64,000 bases of DNA. Source: Octopus vulgaris (taxonomy: Eukaryota). This document shows positions 12,639-25,325 of this stretch, in pieces. The first letter of the stretch is position 1. The number at the start of each line of letters is the position of its first letter. Location: NCBI GenBank assembly GCA_951406725.2, contig OX597814.1, positions 66,402,001 to 66,466,000 of the forward strand. The letters are read 5' to 3'. A program made the position numbers and the translations under genes. Under the pieces are notes generated by a model. That model searched no databases and was not told the DNA's origin. It saw only the letters and a list, made by a program, of their open reading frames with translations.

Positions 12639-13652
12639 TATATATATGTGTGTGTGTGTGTGTGTTTGTATGTGTGTAAACTTAAACTGCTGACCATATG
12701 ATCAATAGCTGAAATCTTATAGCCATAATGATGTACCTCTGAACAAGGGACATAAGTTTCCTTATTCCAATTTGAATAGATGACAAAGAAACCTTGATAT
12801 CATAACTGAGTGATTACCTGTAAGAAAGACATTCAGTTATAAAACAATGTCTCTGACAAGATATTTCAGTCAGCAAACATGGGAAAACATGTAAAAATAC
12901 TTATTAAAAAACAAGATTTACATTGTTTACAGTGCAGTAACTGTGGAGTCTCCTGTACTAGCTCCAAACCCTACATCTGTAGTCATTACTACAAAGGTTA
13001 ATGTAAACTATAAATGTGCCACAAAGATATTCCTTCTGTAGGAGATGTTGAAAGCTGGGCTGATGATGGAGAAATACCAAAAATGTGAGCCATTAAGAGC
13101 CTTGGCATGGTCATGCAGCTTGCTACAAATAGCAGCCAAATTTCACTCATTTTACGCCCTACTATCTGAAATAAGGAAGGACACATCAAATAACATCCTT
13201 TTTTCCAGATCGTAGAATGTAAATAACATGTATGATATTTATATCTAGAAAATAATTGGACTGTCATGACTGGAATGCTATTGATCACAACTTGGGGCTA
13301 AAGAGCAACAAACCAGAAGATTTTCACTTAAAATTAAGTGGATGATTAACGTGTGTCTATGTGTGTGTGTGTGTGGTTAAATACTTGAGCCGTCACTTCA
13401 CAATTAGAAAGTGAAGTCCAGAATTTAGTCCCATTGCATGGCATCTTGGGCAAGTGTCTAAGTTTGGGTGCAGAAACCTATAGGATGGCTTGTACTTGTA
13501 ATACAAAGATCCAGCTTTGTCACACAATGTACCACTGATTTTTGCTTTAGAATTTCATTAAAGATATGTGTGTGTGTGTGCAAGTGTGTATATGCCTGTA
13601 TGTGTGTATGTTTGTATGTCAATGTACACCATTCTTCTATTTTTACCATCAG

Positions 13653-13792
13653 GGTCAAATCCGAGGTATTGATCCCATGGTACAGCGCCGTGCCCTTCGT
13701 CTGGAGGAACTTTCCATGGGACCTGATTCAGCTGACCTTGCTCACACCCTTAATGAACTTGGTGTTCTCTACTATTTACAGAATAATCAAGA
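13653..13792 (+). CDS. NPHP3: NPHP3 exon
   Basis: catcag|GGT ... GA|gtaagt. Encodes [46 protein letters not shown](E). Confidence 0.95.
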
Positions 13793-13998
13793 GTAAGTAG
13801 ACAAACTTGTTACTTTTTCTCAGTATTCATTTCATACATGTGTAGGTGTGTATGTTTTTGTGTGTGAATCTATAATTATGACTAAACTATTAATATTTAT
13901 GTATGCATGCATATAAAGTGTGCAGGTGTATTTGTGAGTATATGATTAATACGCATGGATGTATGTAAGTGTGTGTGTGTTGTAATTGTAATTATGCT

Positions 13999-14116
<118 letters not shown>

Positions 14117-14300
14117 GGTCGCATTCAAATGGTGTTTTTTATGTACCACCAGCACAGTCAGGCAGCACTAGCACCGGCCATGCTCGAATGGTGCTTTTTA
14201 TATGTCAGCGGCATGGGTGCCAGTCAGGGTGGCACTAGCATCAGCCACACTCAAATGGTGCTTTTTACGTGCCAGTCAGGCAGCACTGGCATCAGCCATG
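14117..14300. repeat. Three diverged ~50-65-bp tandem units
   Basis: Repeated unit of the form tcaaatggtgctttttaygt...agtcagg...gcactagcatcagcca. Confidence 0.7.
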
Positions 14301-14337
14301 TCATTGTAATCATACTATTAATATGTATGCATGTATA

Positions 14338-14552
14338 ATGAGGCAAGCTGGCAGAATCGTCACCACATCAGGAAAAATGGTTTAGCAACATTTCTAGTGA
14401 CTTAGTTTTCTGTGTTCAAATGCCGTGGGGGTCGACTTTACCTTTCATTCTTTTGGGGTTGATAAAATAAGTACCTGTTGAGCACTGGGGTCGATGTTAT
14501 TGACTTACCCACTCCCTGAAATTGCTGGCCCCATACAAAAATTTGTAACCAA
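14338..14552 (+). mobile_element. tRNA-derived SINE (most abundant family in the window)
   Basis: Shared core gttcaaat..cc..ggtcgacttt.cctttcat.ctttcggggtcgataaaataagtacc, seen in many copies. Confidence 0.8.
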
Positions 14553-14837
14553 TATTTATCTTCTGTCCCAATTTTAAAAAGTTACAAGGTCCACTTCCAC
14601 ATACTCATCCTCCTCAACCTACTTCTTAGCCTTTCTCATCACCCTGTCCTCCTCAATTCCACCTCCTACCTCCACATCAGTTATCATCATCATCAGTGGC
14701 AGCACCATGAAGTTCATCATAGCCTCTTCACATCATCATTATTTTCATCATAAACACATTTATTCAGTAAACTTATCCTGATTAATATTACGATAATTAT
14801 GATCATCATCGTTATCAGATATCAACCATTGCCACTA

Positions 14838-15273
14838 TCTGTATATATATAAAAAGTAGGATGTGTGTACGTGAATGTAATTTATGCACGTCCACAAATT
14901 AGCACTCATGTCGCTCCAATTTTAGGAGGACATTCATCACGATCCTAGCTGTATTTTCGTCAAATTATTTTCCTCCGGGGCACCAGCGAATAGTGGTAAA
15001 AATAAATTTTTGACCATAACTTAACAATTTTCACGGTGGAGAAATCCACCATTGTTTATACAAAGATGAGTTAAGTCCCCTTCTAGTGACAGTGTAAAGA
15101 GAGGGAGAGAGATAACAGATTTTTAAAATTTCGTCTTTTTACTGATTGATTGACAGGCAAAAACAGACAGACAGGTGTTGTTATGTATGTATGTATGTAT
15201 GGGTGAATGGCTTCAGTCACACACACGAACATGTATGCATACAAAACACATGTATGCAATGTGTGTGTTGCCC

Positions 15274-15308
<35 letters not shown>

Positions 15309-15410
15309 CCGGCAGGGTGGCGTCATTTAAAGGTTAAAACAATGCAAAGCGCATTGTGATCAGCGATGTGTAGCAACATCTGATAGCCTGGTCAGTCACG
15401 GTGATCACGG

Positions 15411-15445
<35 letters not shown>

Positions 15446-16115
15446 ATATAAATGATATTCTCCGTTTCTCCACAACTAATTTCCAAATTAGCTGAATCCA
15501 TTGCTCTGCTCATAGCAATATATAGCTGATGAACATGGGAGAGAGCAGAGGTTACCAGAGCAAAAGACCTACGTGTTGACTGTAGACACGCTCCTTCGCA
15601 AACGATCAGCTATTATTTTGTAAACAATGTTTCGAAACTGTTCATGTTTTCGAAAGGAGAGATCTGACTCTCTCATCTCTCTGTGGGAGAAGGTAGGTCT
15701 CTCTATTCCACTTACCAATGTTACGTCTGGGTGTTTATAAATTTGCATTTTGTAAACAATGTTTCAAAACTGTCCATATTTACGAAAGGAGAGATCTAAC
15801 TGTTTTCAACCATAACGTCTACCAATTTTGATGTATTTTGTTCAAACTTGATGCCAGCATTACTTAGGACTCATGGGATCTTTGAATGCTTTAAGTTCTC
15901 CAAAAACAAAAAAAAAAAACAATCGATGTGTGGAAAAAATCGATAAACTGTTTCCTTATGGGATTTCTCAATCAAATTGTCTGCAAAAGTTTACCAATTT
16001 CAACGGATTTCACTCAAATTTGACGTCGATGTTACTTAGTTTGCTTTGAAATAAAGAGCTTGATTAGCTTAATAATCCTAACTTAATCCTGAGCAAAGCC
16101 AGGCTATACTGCTAG
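14838..16115 (+). mobile_element. Non-autonomous Helitron
   Basis: 5' TCTGTATATATATAAAA; 3' subterminal hairpin cctgagcaaagccagg followed by CTAG. Inserted between host A and T with no TSD. Contains an internal ~55-bp direct repeat (15615/15747) and a nested repeat at ~15307-15410. Confidence 0.8.
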
Positions 16116-16389
16116 TCATCACTATAATCGCCTCCACTATTTTTCAGCATTTTTCTAAGAGTCACAGATGAGACATCTGTTTTGTCACTTGACCTCCAAA
16201 TAAAGCAGCCAAATATCCCTCAAATTACACCCTACTAACATAATAACAACCACAACAACAACAGTTCATCATCATCACTCATTACACCATCATCAATATC
16301 ATTATCATCAGAATCATCATAGAATGCTATTATTTTTATTTCATTTATTTATTCATTTATTGCATTTTATATGTGTTTCTTGTATCTAG

Positions 16390-16561
16390 AATTGCAGAGT
16401 CTTTCCTGAAAAGGTCTTTGGAGATGCGCGAGGCCCTGCTTGGAGCTGACCATCCTGACATAGCCCAGTCTCTGAACAATCTTGCAGCATTGTATAATGA
16501 CCAGAAGCAGTGTGAGAAAGCTATTCCTCTCTATGAGCGTGCACTTCACATCCGCATGAAG
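16390..16561 (+). CDS. NPHP3: NPHP3 exon (TPR)
   Basis: atctag|A ATT GCA ... AAG|gtcagt. Encodes [35 protein letters not shown]...ERALHIRMK. Confidence 0.95.
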
Positions 16562-16649
16562 GTCAGTAAGACATGCTATATTTTTCTCTATGTATATATA
16601 TATATATATATGTTGTGAAGTATATTTGCCACCTATATGTGTGATCCAT

Positions 16650-16770
16650 TCGATGTGTAATGTTAGTGTGCATACACAACAGAGCGTAAGCATCCTGAAA
16701 GAAAAGTTGGGCATAAGAAGCATCAAATGTAGTGTGCAAGATAGACTACTGCACTGGTATGGCCATGTGT
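16650..16770 (+). mobile_element. RTE LINE fragment
   Basis: MCNVSVHTQQSVSILKEKLGIRSIKCSVQDRLLHWYGHV, same family as 4240-5235. Confidence 0.7.
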
Positions 16771-17380
16771 TAGGTAGGAGCTGCCTGACCCAGCTTTTAC
16801 AGCACTCTGACTTAAATGTGGACGTAATATATCTTGACTTTGCAAAAGCTTTTGATATGATATGCCACAACTGCATGATCTTGGCATAACTGGAAAATTT
16901 GGAGAGTGGTTATGTGACTTTCTGAAAGATAGAAGTCAGGCAGTAGTGGCCAATGGAGCCACCTCAAAGAAAACACAAATAGTGAGTGGTGTTCCATAGA
17001 GCACTGTCTTGGGACCACTGCTTTTCATAGTGACCCTCTCAGATATGCTCTCAGCTGCCCGGATAGCCACCCTTCCTAGCTATGCAGATGATACAAAAAT
17101 CTCACAGAAAATACAGAACACCTGCAACAAGAGTTGGACTCAAATTACAGATGGGCTGAGGACAATAATATGCAGTTCAGTGCTGAAAAATTCCAAGCCC
17201 TGCACTACCAGCATTCGAAGCTGAATATGAAACTCACAGGGTACACTGGTCTACAGGAGATTACAATCCCAGAGCCTAAGTCAGTGAGGGGCCTGGGTAT
17301 TGACATGAGTCACGAGACCTCTTTCCAAGTGCCAGGATGGTGACAAAGTGCAGATGGCTGGTTGGCTGACTGGATCCTAC
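16771..17380 (+). mobile_element. CR1/Jockey-type LINE reverse transcriptase fragment
   Basis: GRSCLTQLL, VDVIYLDFAKAFD, SGVP*STVLGPLLF, YADDTKI and WAEDNNMQFSAEK. Confidence 0.85.
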
Positions 17381-17385
17381 ATATA

Positions 17386-17444
<59 letters not shown>

Positions 17445-18472
17445 CATAAATATATATATATATGTATATGTGTGTGTATATATGCATATATATAATATAT
17501 ATTATTATTTGATTGCATACCACGCATCCATTTCCAAGTAAGTTATTTAATGCGACTCTTTCCTTTACTGTTCCCTCTTTCGCACTCTTTCTTCCTTAGA
17601 TTTTCTCTCTCATCCTTTTTCTAATTCTTTTTTACTCCCCTTCACTGTTTTCTATCTTTCTCTCTCTCTCTCTCCTGCTTCCTTCTTTACTCTCTCGTTG
17701 CTCATACATGACCAGCATCCATCTTTCCTTTCCTCAAGTGATCATCTTTCTTTTCCTTCAGTCTGTTGTGCAGTCCAGACAAATTCTTATCAGTCTCCTA
17801 TCTTTTCTCTTATCAAAGAATCTTCTTCCAGCGTTCGCTACATTATCTTGTCTCAGCCTAACTACCTTGCCTGTTTCTATTTGTTTCGTTTGAATTGTTC
17901 TATGTCCTGTTTTTCTTACCAAATTTGACCCCTTGCAAATCCCAAATTTTATTTTGGTTTGTAGGAGCAACCACCTTTAAAGTCTTGTTGTGTTTTGCTC
18001 GAAATAAGGAGTAGCAGGACAGCCAACAACTGATGAAGGGTTGTTTTATATGTTACTTGCCATGTTTTCCATTTTTTTCTCTCGTTCTTTGCATACCCAA
18101 CGTTATTTTCGCCTCTGATGTTGTTTACATATTGTGACGTCCTTTACCCATATATGCGTACCTATATACATACATGATCCCATATACATGCAATGATCCT
18201 TCATGTTGTCATAAGTAGTACATTGTCTCTGTCTATCAGTTTCTGGTTAAAGCTATTTTAATCTCATTTTCATTGTTAATGCTCTCGGTCATCCTATTAT
18301 CCTAAACACTTCATAATTCTTCAGAACTACTCTTATTTATAGCCTCTCTAGCACACAATGACTGTTATTTTAATAAATTATTTCAGAAACTTGTTTTTAA
18401 CTACAAATAGTGAAGTTGTCTATTTAGTATGGTTTCTAGAGAAGCTGACCTTTTTGTATGTTTCTATTGTAG

Positions 18473-18538
18473 TATTTGCCAGATCATCCAAGTGTTGCTT
18501 CAATCAATAAACATCTAGCTGTTCTCTATAAGAAACTC
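18473..18538 (+). CDS. NPHP3: NPHP3 66-bp exon (not in ORF track)
   Basis: attgtag|TAT TTG CCA GAT CAT ... AAA CTC|gtaagt. Encodes YLPDHPSVASINKHLAVLYKKL, matching the NPHP3 motif PDHPSLAYTVKHLAILYKK. Confidence 0.92.
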
Positions 18539-18652
18539 GTAAGTATTTTACACAAAACCTCTGTATGTGTGTGAAGCTGAAGAAGTATCTGAAACAAGTG
18601 AAATACTTTTATGAAAATCAAATACTAGAGTTATCTAACAAATAAACAATTA

Positions 18653-20914
18653 TCTCTATATATAAAAGAGAGTTTGTGTGTGTGCATGTGCATGCACATA
18701 TGCTCCTTTTGCATTCAAAAAATGAGTTGCCAATTTTGATGTATGCCTTATCAAAAGATTCAGTAATCATTTGTCTACCAAGTAATCTTTGTTATCATTT
18801 ATATATTTTCTACGTTATCTCAACAACCTGGTATAGTTATTTGAAAGACACTGCTTTACAACGACCAGGTTTCATTAGAAAATGAAAATAATTTCACACT
18901 TTCAATTAAAACCAAAATTACAATGTTGCATTATGAGAGTGATGATGTGTGAATAATAAACGTAATTTTTCTCCGAATTAGTCATATCTATACTATAATA
19001 AAGAAAGCTGCTTATCATCTATCTGTATATATAAAGGCTACCAAATAAATACATATTTTTGGCACATATCTTTTTTTGCTTCTAAAATAACCTCAGAAAC
19101 GAAGTCGAGTTGCACGGTTTTAAGGTCATTTTTGGGCAATATTTTGATCTGCTTTTAATGTTTCACTTTCATCTCATGTTTCCCACATGCGTAGAATTAT
19201 CCTCAGACAAAAATCTACACATAAATATTGTATAAAGATAAGCCACGCCTAAAAAGATTTCTCTATATGTTATGAAGAAATGCAGTCACTCACTCTCTCT
19301 CACAGGCACACATACATACAAGATGTATGCATATGTATTATGTACATGTATATGAAAGATGTGTGTGTGTGTGTGCGAGAGAGAGAGAGAGTGAATGAGT
19401 GAGTGAGTGCCACTTACACATACATGCAAAATAATACATAAATGACAACATACACCTTCACTGTCTCTCTCTTTCTCAAACATACACACACACATCCATT
19501 TCATATACATGTACATCTTTCACTTTCTGTTCTCACTTTAAAGCAAATGTCGCCTTTTCACTTTCTCCTCTCTTTCAATTTCATCTCTCTTCAAAGCATA
19601 AAGAAATAAATTTTCATGGAAATTAACAGACAATCATATGATCAACCTTTATGATCAAGTGGCAACTTTGCTGCTTCAAATGAAAGAATGCCATAAAATA
19701 ACTTCCTTTGGCACACACACACATACACACATACTCTAGGTAAAACTTCTGTATCATCATCATCATCATCGTTTAACGTCCGTACTCCATGCTAGCATGG
19801 GTTGGACGGTTCGACTGGGGATCTGGGAAGCCAGAAGGCTGCACCAAGCTTCGTGCTGTGTGCGCATGTAAAATTGCAGCTCATATGGCCTTTTTCTATT
19901 CTGTAATTTGTGTTTGCGATGAGCGTATTTAAAACCTGATCTTCGATATAAACTTAAAAAGAGGTTTTCCCAAAAATCCTGTCATTTACCTGTTATTTCT
20001 AATATGTCCCCACCCCACCCCTTAATTTTTTCCTAAATTTCTTCCAATTCCTATGTTTATGATGAGGAGATTAGGATTCCATCCAAAAAACACATTCCCA
20101 ATATTTTAATTTTCTCCCTCCCCACCCCAATTTCTTCATGTTTTTATTTTCCTAATTTTTTTCTTGGTAATCCACAGAGAAAAAAAATTTTAAGGGTCTT
20201 TAAGAATTTTCTTCTTGCTTTTTCCTTAAAGAAACACTAAAATCTCCTTCCCTAACATCTACCCATCACCTCACCACTTTCAAAAAGCTGCAACCTTTCA
20301 ATATTTCACTTTTAGCTTTTTGGAAAGCAGGGAGGTTTCTTCAGAAATAATATCATTTACTTGTTGTTTCTAGCATGTCGAGTTTTCTGGTGGTGGTCTG
20401 GTATCTTTTACGTCTGCTATTTCAGTACAAATCTATGGTTGCATGAAACATCAGGTGACAGTGAAACATTGGGAGGTTTTAGCTTTTTGAAAGCAGGTAG
20501 GTGATGCATGGGTGGGGTGTTTTTTTAAGAAAAATTCAACTTTAAAAACATATATATATATTTCTCAGATTCGTAATCTCTGTATTTTTCTACATGGATA
20601 AGAAAATTTGAAAGCATTACAAATGAAGAAATTGTGGTGAGGATAGGGGGAAATTAAAATTCTTAAGACATGATTTCTTGGCAAAATCATATTAACCCCC
20701 TTTTATAGAATGAAACAATACATAGTTTGTGATCCTTCTTAAGAACAGAAAGTACGTTCATGCAAACCCATGCAAATTGTACCCTCGCCCCTTCACTTTT
20801 AAACAAATAATAACTTCCAGTTCACTATATATCAGCTGTGCCAATTCTGCCCACAAGAAAAGAACAAATGTGTGTAAGTCATAACACTCGGGCAACATCA
20901 GGTTGCATTGCTAG
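18653..20914 (+). mobile_element. Composite non-autonomous Helitron with several 5' ends
   Basis: TC-initiated 5' termini at 18653 (tctctatatataaaag), 18987 (tctatactataataaag) and 19022 (tctgtatatataaagg). The 3' end is ctcgggcaacatcaggttgcattgCTAG|t. Confidence 0.65.
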
Positions 20915-21199
20915 TAGTATCTAATTTAAGATGAAGCAATGGCAGGTGTTCAGTTGTGAAATCAGTAATATTGTGACCCAATAAGACAAAGGTCCTGTCA
21001 GTAGGCCTTCTGTTACTTTTTTCTGTCTTAAATTGGTGCTGATAATGTATCATATCAAAATATAGTCAGGTCATGTCGTTTTGCTGTTGTGGCCCTTGAA
21101 TTGATTTTATTAATCTTTTCCACCCTTGGTGGTCCTGATCATGTGCTTTCTTTATGAACCCAGATCCCAACAAATCCAGTATAGAATTAATATTAATAT

Positions 21200-21402
21200 C
21201 AAAGTTTGGCACAAGGCCAGCAATTTTGGAGGTGAGAGTATGTCAATTACATCAACCCCAGTACTCAACTGGTACTTATTTTATCAATCCTAAAAGGATG
21301 GAGTGCAAAGTGGACTTTAGCAGAATTTGAACTCAGAATGTAAAGACGAAGTGCTGCTAAGCATTTCACTTGGCATGCTAATGATTTTGCCAGTTTGCCA
21401 CT
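21200..21402 (-). mobile_element. tRNA-derived SINE
   Basis: gcagaatttgaactcagaatgtaaagacgaa core; reverse copy of the 14338 family. Confidence 0.75.
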
Positions 21403-21818
21403 TTTTAAGTTTAGAATTAATATTGATATAACTTCCATACAAGTGGTTTTTTTTTTTGTGGGGCTTTGTAATCTTGATAACATCCATCTCCTTTCCAGGA
21501 TACAGGTGCCATAGGTTCTCAAGGAACTCATCCATTTTTGACAGGATTTGTTTTTTAGTCCTGCTTGCTACCCACAATACCTTCTTCATTGGACAAGCAT
21601 AGAAGACAACCAGTTTAGTCATTGACTACCTAATCATCATGACCAACAACCATATAACATTACATGGTTACCAGTAGCAGATTTTTATCAGCCTGTGTTG
21701 GAATTGCTCCTGACCTATGATAAATATGAATATAGTATTTATAATGTTTATGCAAAAACAGACAATTTGATAATGCTACAACTTTGTAAACCTTGTTATT
21801 CTGTTTCCAAATTTCCAG

Positions 21819-21944
21819 GGCCAATACAGTCTTGCTGAACCACTTTACAAACAGGCAGTAGATATTCGTGAAAGATCCTTTGGAAAGAATCATCCTGCAG
21901 TTGCCACAGCATTAGTAAATCTTGCAGTTCTGTTTTCACAACAG
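21819..21944 (+). CDS. NPHP3: NPHP3 126-bp TPR exon (not in ORF track)
   Basis: tttccag|GGC ... CAG|gtattc. Encodes GQYSLAEPLYKQAVDIRERSFGKNHPAVATALVNLAVLFSQQ. Confidence 0.95.
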
Positions 21945-22733
21945 GTATTCATTTTTGCTTTTGCATGCTTTAACCTTTTAAAATCCAGATCAGAGTTTAT
22001 TCTTGTTTCAATTAAGCCAGCACAGAGCCTTCAACCTAATATTTGAACTAAAAAACAGTCCACTAAGTTAGAGCAAGGCCTCCATCTTAATGTTTACATT
22101 TAGAACAGAGCCCCTTTTCTAGTGTTTTAACTATGCCAAAAGAGAGCCTTCATCATAAGTCAGAAATGTTGAAACAATCTAGATCAAACTTTTTATTTTT
22201 ATTTTTGGATTCTTAAAGCTGATGGTGTACAGCACCCAAGGCATGATTTTCTAAGGAGATTTTGACATAATTTCTTAACTAAATATTAACTAATTACTTC
22301 ATTGATAATAACTAAGCATTTATTTAACTAAGTTATGCAAAAATTATTTTTGTTGTTGTTTAGTTCCTGGACTGCTTTTAGTGAACATGCTTATGATCAA
22401 AGTCATTTCAGCCATGAACATCACACACTTTTTTTTTATAGCTCAGAGACCAAAGTTTGTATTTTTCTGCACATGGTAAATATGACTTAGGAGGATCTAG
22501 CTAGTATTTCTTGCAGATTGGTATAGGTATGGCTATGTGGTTAAGAAACTAGCTTCCTGGCCACATTGTTTTGAGTTCAGTTCCACTGCATGGGCACCTT
22601 GAAAAATATATCTTCCACTAAAGCTTCAGGCTGAGCAAACCCTTGTGAATGGATCCAGCAGATAGAAATTGAAAGAAGCTTGTCATGTGTGTGTGGGTGT
22701 GAGTGTGTGCATGTGCATGTGCACATGCATGTG

Positions 22734-22770
<37 letters not shown>

Positions 22771-22774
<4 letters not shown>

Positions 22775-23136
22775 CATATCGCCCGGCGTTGCTCGGGTTT
22801 GTAAGGGAAATAACTATAAAGCATTTTTAGAGAGTTATAGCCAAAAAATGGAAAAAAATTATGGTAATTTTTTTATTAATTAAAGGTCGAGTTGCGTCCC
22901 CTAGACAGTCTGTGGTTTGTGTTTCTGATTCTCGACCCCATGTTGAATTTATCGATTTTTTCAGAACTGGGGGAACTTTTCAAAATTTTCGCTGCGTTAG
23001 TTTTGAATTATGTCATTGGGCTATGTGTGTGTCAAGTTTCATCAGAATCGGTTGAAAGCCGTGGTCAGGGTGAGGGTACAACCTAACAGACACACAGAAA
23101 CACACACAGACAAACTGCCGTTTATATATAGAGAGA
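22771..23136 (-). mobile_element. Mini non-autonomous Helitron
   Basis: Minus 5' TCTCTCTATATATAAACGGCAG followed by a GT-rich tract. The 3' end cccgagcaacgccgggcgatatgCTA runs into (TA)n. Confidence 0.8.
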
Positions 23137-23213
23137 TACATACATACACACATCATTACAATCATTGTTTAACATCTATCTATTTTCCATGCTAGCCTGG
23201 GTTTTATATACAT

Positions 23214-23243
<30 letters not shown>

Positions 23244-23244
<1 letters not shown>

Positions 23245-23794
23245 AAGTTCATGCCGATTTTAGTAGCTTACCTTTCAACTTATTTTAGAAAGTGGAGTCC
23301 ATAAAATAGGATTTGACTACACCTCCATTTAGAGCACAGTTTAAGCTATCTTTTCGTGGAAGAAGGTTTATGTTCCTATAACCTTTGTTAATTCTGTAAC
23401 CCTTTAAAATGGAAGATAAGAAAGTTCATTTTCGGCACTTGATGCTTTGGGAACTAGACAAAAATTGCTGCAGCTTGGCTGGGATGTGTTACCCCACCCT
23501 CCATATTCACCAGATATTGCTCCTTCGGATTTCCACTTATTCAGGTCTCTGCAGAATAGTCTTAATGGTAAAAATTTCAATTCCTTGGATGATGTAATAA
23601 GACACCTTGATGAATTCTTTGCCATGAAGCCACCTCAATTCTGGGAAGAGGGTATTTTCAAGCTAAAGGAAAGATGGAGACGCATTGTGCAACAAAATGC
23701 TTCATATTTGGTTGATTAAAAATGTAATGGCAAATATTTATTGACTTTTTTCTTTCTTTTAAAAATCGGCATGAACTTTCCGGACAACCCAATA
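23244..23794 (+). mobile_element. Internally deleted mariner element
   Basis: TIR remnants aaagttcatgccgatttt / aaaatcggcatgaactttccggacaacccaata. The N-terminus MEDKKVHFRHLMLWE is fused to the C-terminus GWDVLPHPPYSPDIAPSDFHLFRSL... Confidence 0.92.
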
Positions 23795-24352
23795 CACACA
23801 CACACACACACACATATATGTGCATGTGTGTGTATATGTCTATGTATGTGTGTGTGTGTGCTTATATGTATGTATGTGTATGTTTGTGTGTACCCTTGTT
23901 TTGACATCATGTGATCGTAAATATTACTGTAAAGCTCCTTAAAGAGGCAAAGTGCACAGTTTGACCATGCAAAAGCCCATATTTTGCTTGATTTTTCTCA
24001 TATCAAAATATATTTATACTGTGGACAGTTATATATCCTTTGAAATTTCTGAATGTGAACTTTTTTCTCGTATACTTTTGATCAAATGTGAAGCTGGACA
24101 AAATGCTGCTAAGCATTTCACCCTGCGTGTTAAAGATTCTACCAGCTTGCCACTTTAACAACAACAACAACACTAATAATAACGTCACTAATTCTTAATT
24201 AGATATGAAATCTTACATTAGAGTTTATTGTTTTTATGTATCTTTCTTTATATAAAGCTTTCTTGTATTTTTGGCAAATGCAGGTTTATATTATTGCCAT
24301 CCAAATGCCATTTGGAACCTAAAATTAACATTTTCCCTTTATATCATTACAG

Positions 24353-24478
24353 AATAAGTATGAAGATGCTGAACCTCTGTATGAACGAGCTCTGAAGATT
24401 TATGAAGATAGTTTTGGTCAACATCATCCAAGAGTGGCTGAAACATTGAGAAATTTGGCTGTGATGAAATTTAATCAG
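24353..24478 (+). CDS. NPHP3: NPHP3 126-bp TPR exon (not in ORF track)
   Basis: attacag|AAT ... CAG|gtgaga. Encodes [42 protein letters not shown]. Confidence 0.95.
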
Positions 24479-25105
24479 GTGAGAAGCAAAATTGAAGTAA
24501 AAACAAATAGAAAGTTTTATTTTTTCAGATAATATGAATGCAGTGAAGTTTGACTCAAACTTATATTCCATAGTGTTAGATCATGATATAATGAAAAGAA
24601 TATGAAATTATTATTTATTACATTTTTTTGGAAAATCAGTTGACAAGTTGAACTCTAAAACTCAAAATTGTTGCTGAATGACAAAATACACTAATTCAGA
24701 AAACTTTTGTTAACTAGCCAGGTCAGTGCTTTTCTTTAGTCTTACGTTAGCTCACTCAAATTAATCTTCAGCTATAAGCATTTCAGCTGTGACCATGTCA
24801 TATTCTTAGGACAGGTTTGTGTAATGCTTGCTAAATTAACTAATGCAGAGTAAACTACGTTCATAAAAGTGTTATTTTGTCTGGTAAAAAGCAGTTCTTT
24901 AAAATGCTTTTAAAATGTACCTTAAAAGTTTCAAAATTAATATTTAATTTTCCTCTTCCTTCTCTTCCTCATCCTCCCCCTCCTTCTGTATCATCTTCAT
25001 CATCATCATCATCATCATCATTATCAAATGTTTACAAGCAAGGGTTGCCTGTGGGTCTATTATCATATTACCCATAACAGCTAGTCTTTTATTATTGTTA
25101 TGTTA

Positions 25106-25325
25106 AGGCGATGAGCTGGCAGAAACATTCGCACGCCTGGCGAAATGCTTAGCGATATTTCGTCTGTCTTTATGTTCTGAGTTCAAATTCTGCCAAAGTT
25201 GACTTTGCCTTTCATCCTTACAGGGTTGATAAATTAAGTACCAGTTGCATTCTGGGGTTGATCTAATCGACTGGTCCCCTCCCCCAAAATTTCGAGCCTT
25301 GTGCCTAGAGTAGAAAAGATTATTA
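25106..25325 (+). mobile_element. tRNA-derived SINE, near full length
   Basis: ggcgatgagctggcagaaac head, gttctgagttcaaattctgcc B-box region and an (ATT)n tail. Confidence 0.8.

Noticed and set aside
14117-14300. Repeat-spacer-like array resembling CRISPR
   Set aside because: Eukaryotic context, diverged tandem units without unique equal-length spacers, and no cas genes.
18025-18060. CTGATGA in an intronic repeat
   Set aside because: No closing helix II or GAAA box downstream. CTGATGA hits near 9618, 13059, 15526, 31494 and 36619 were rejected for the same reason.
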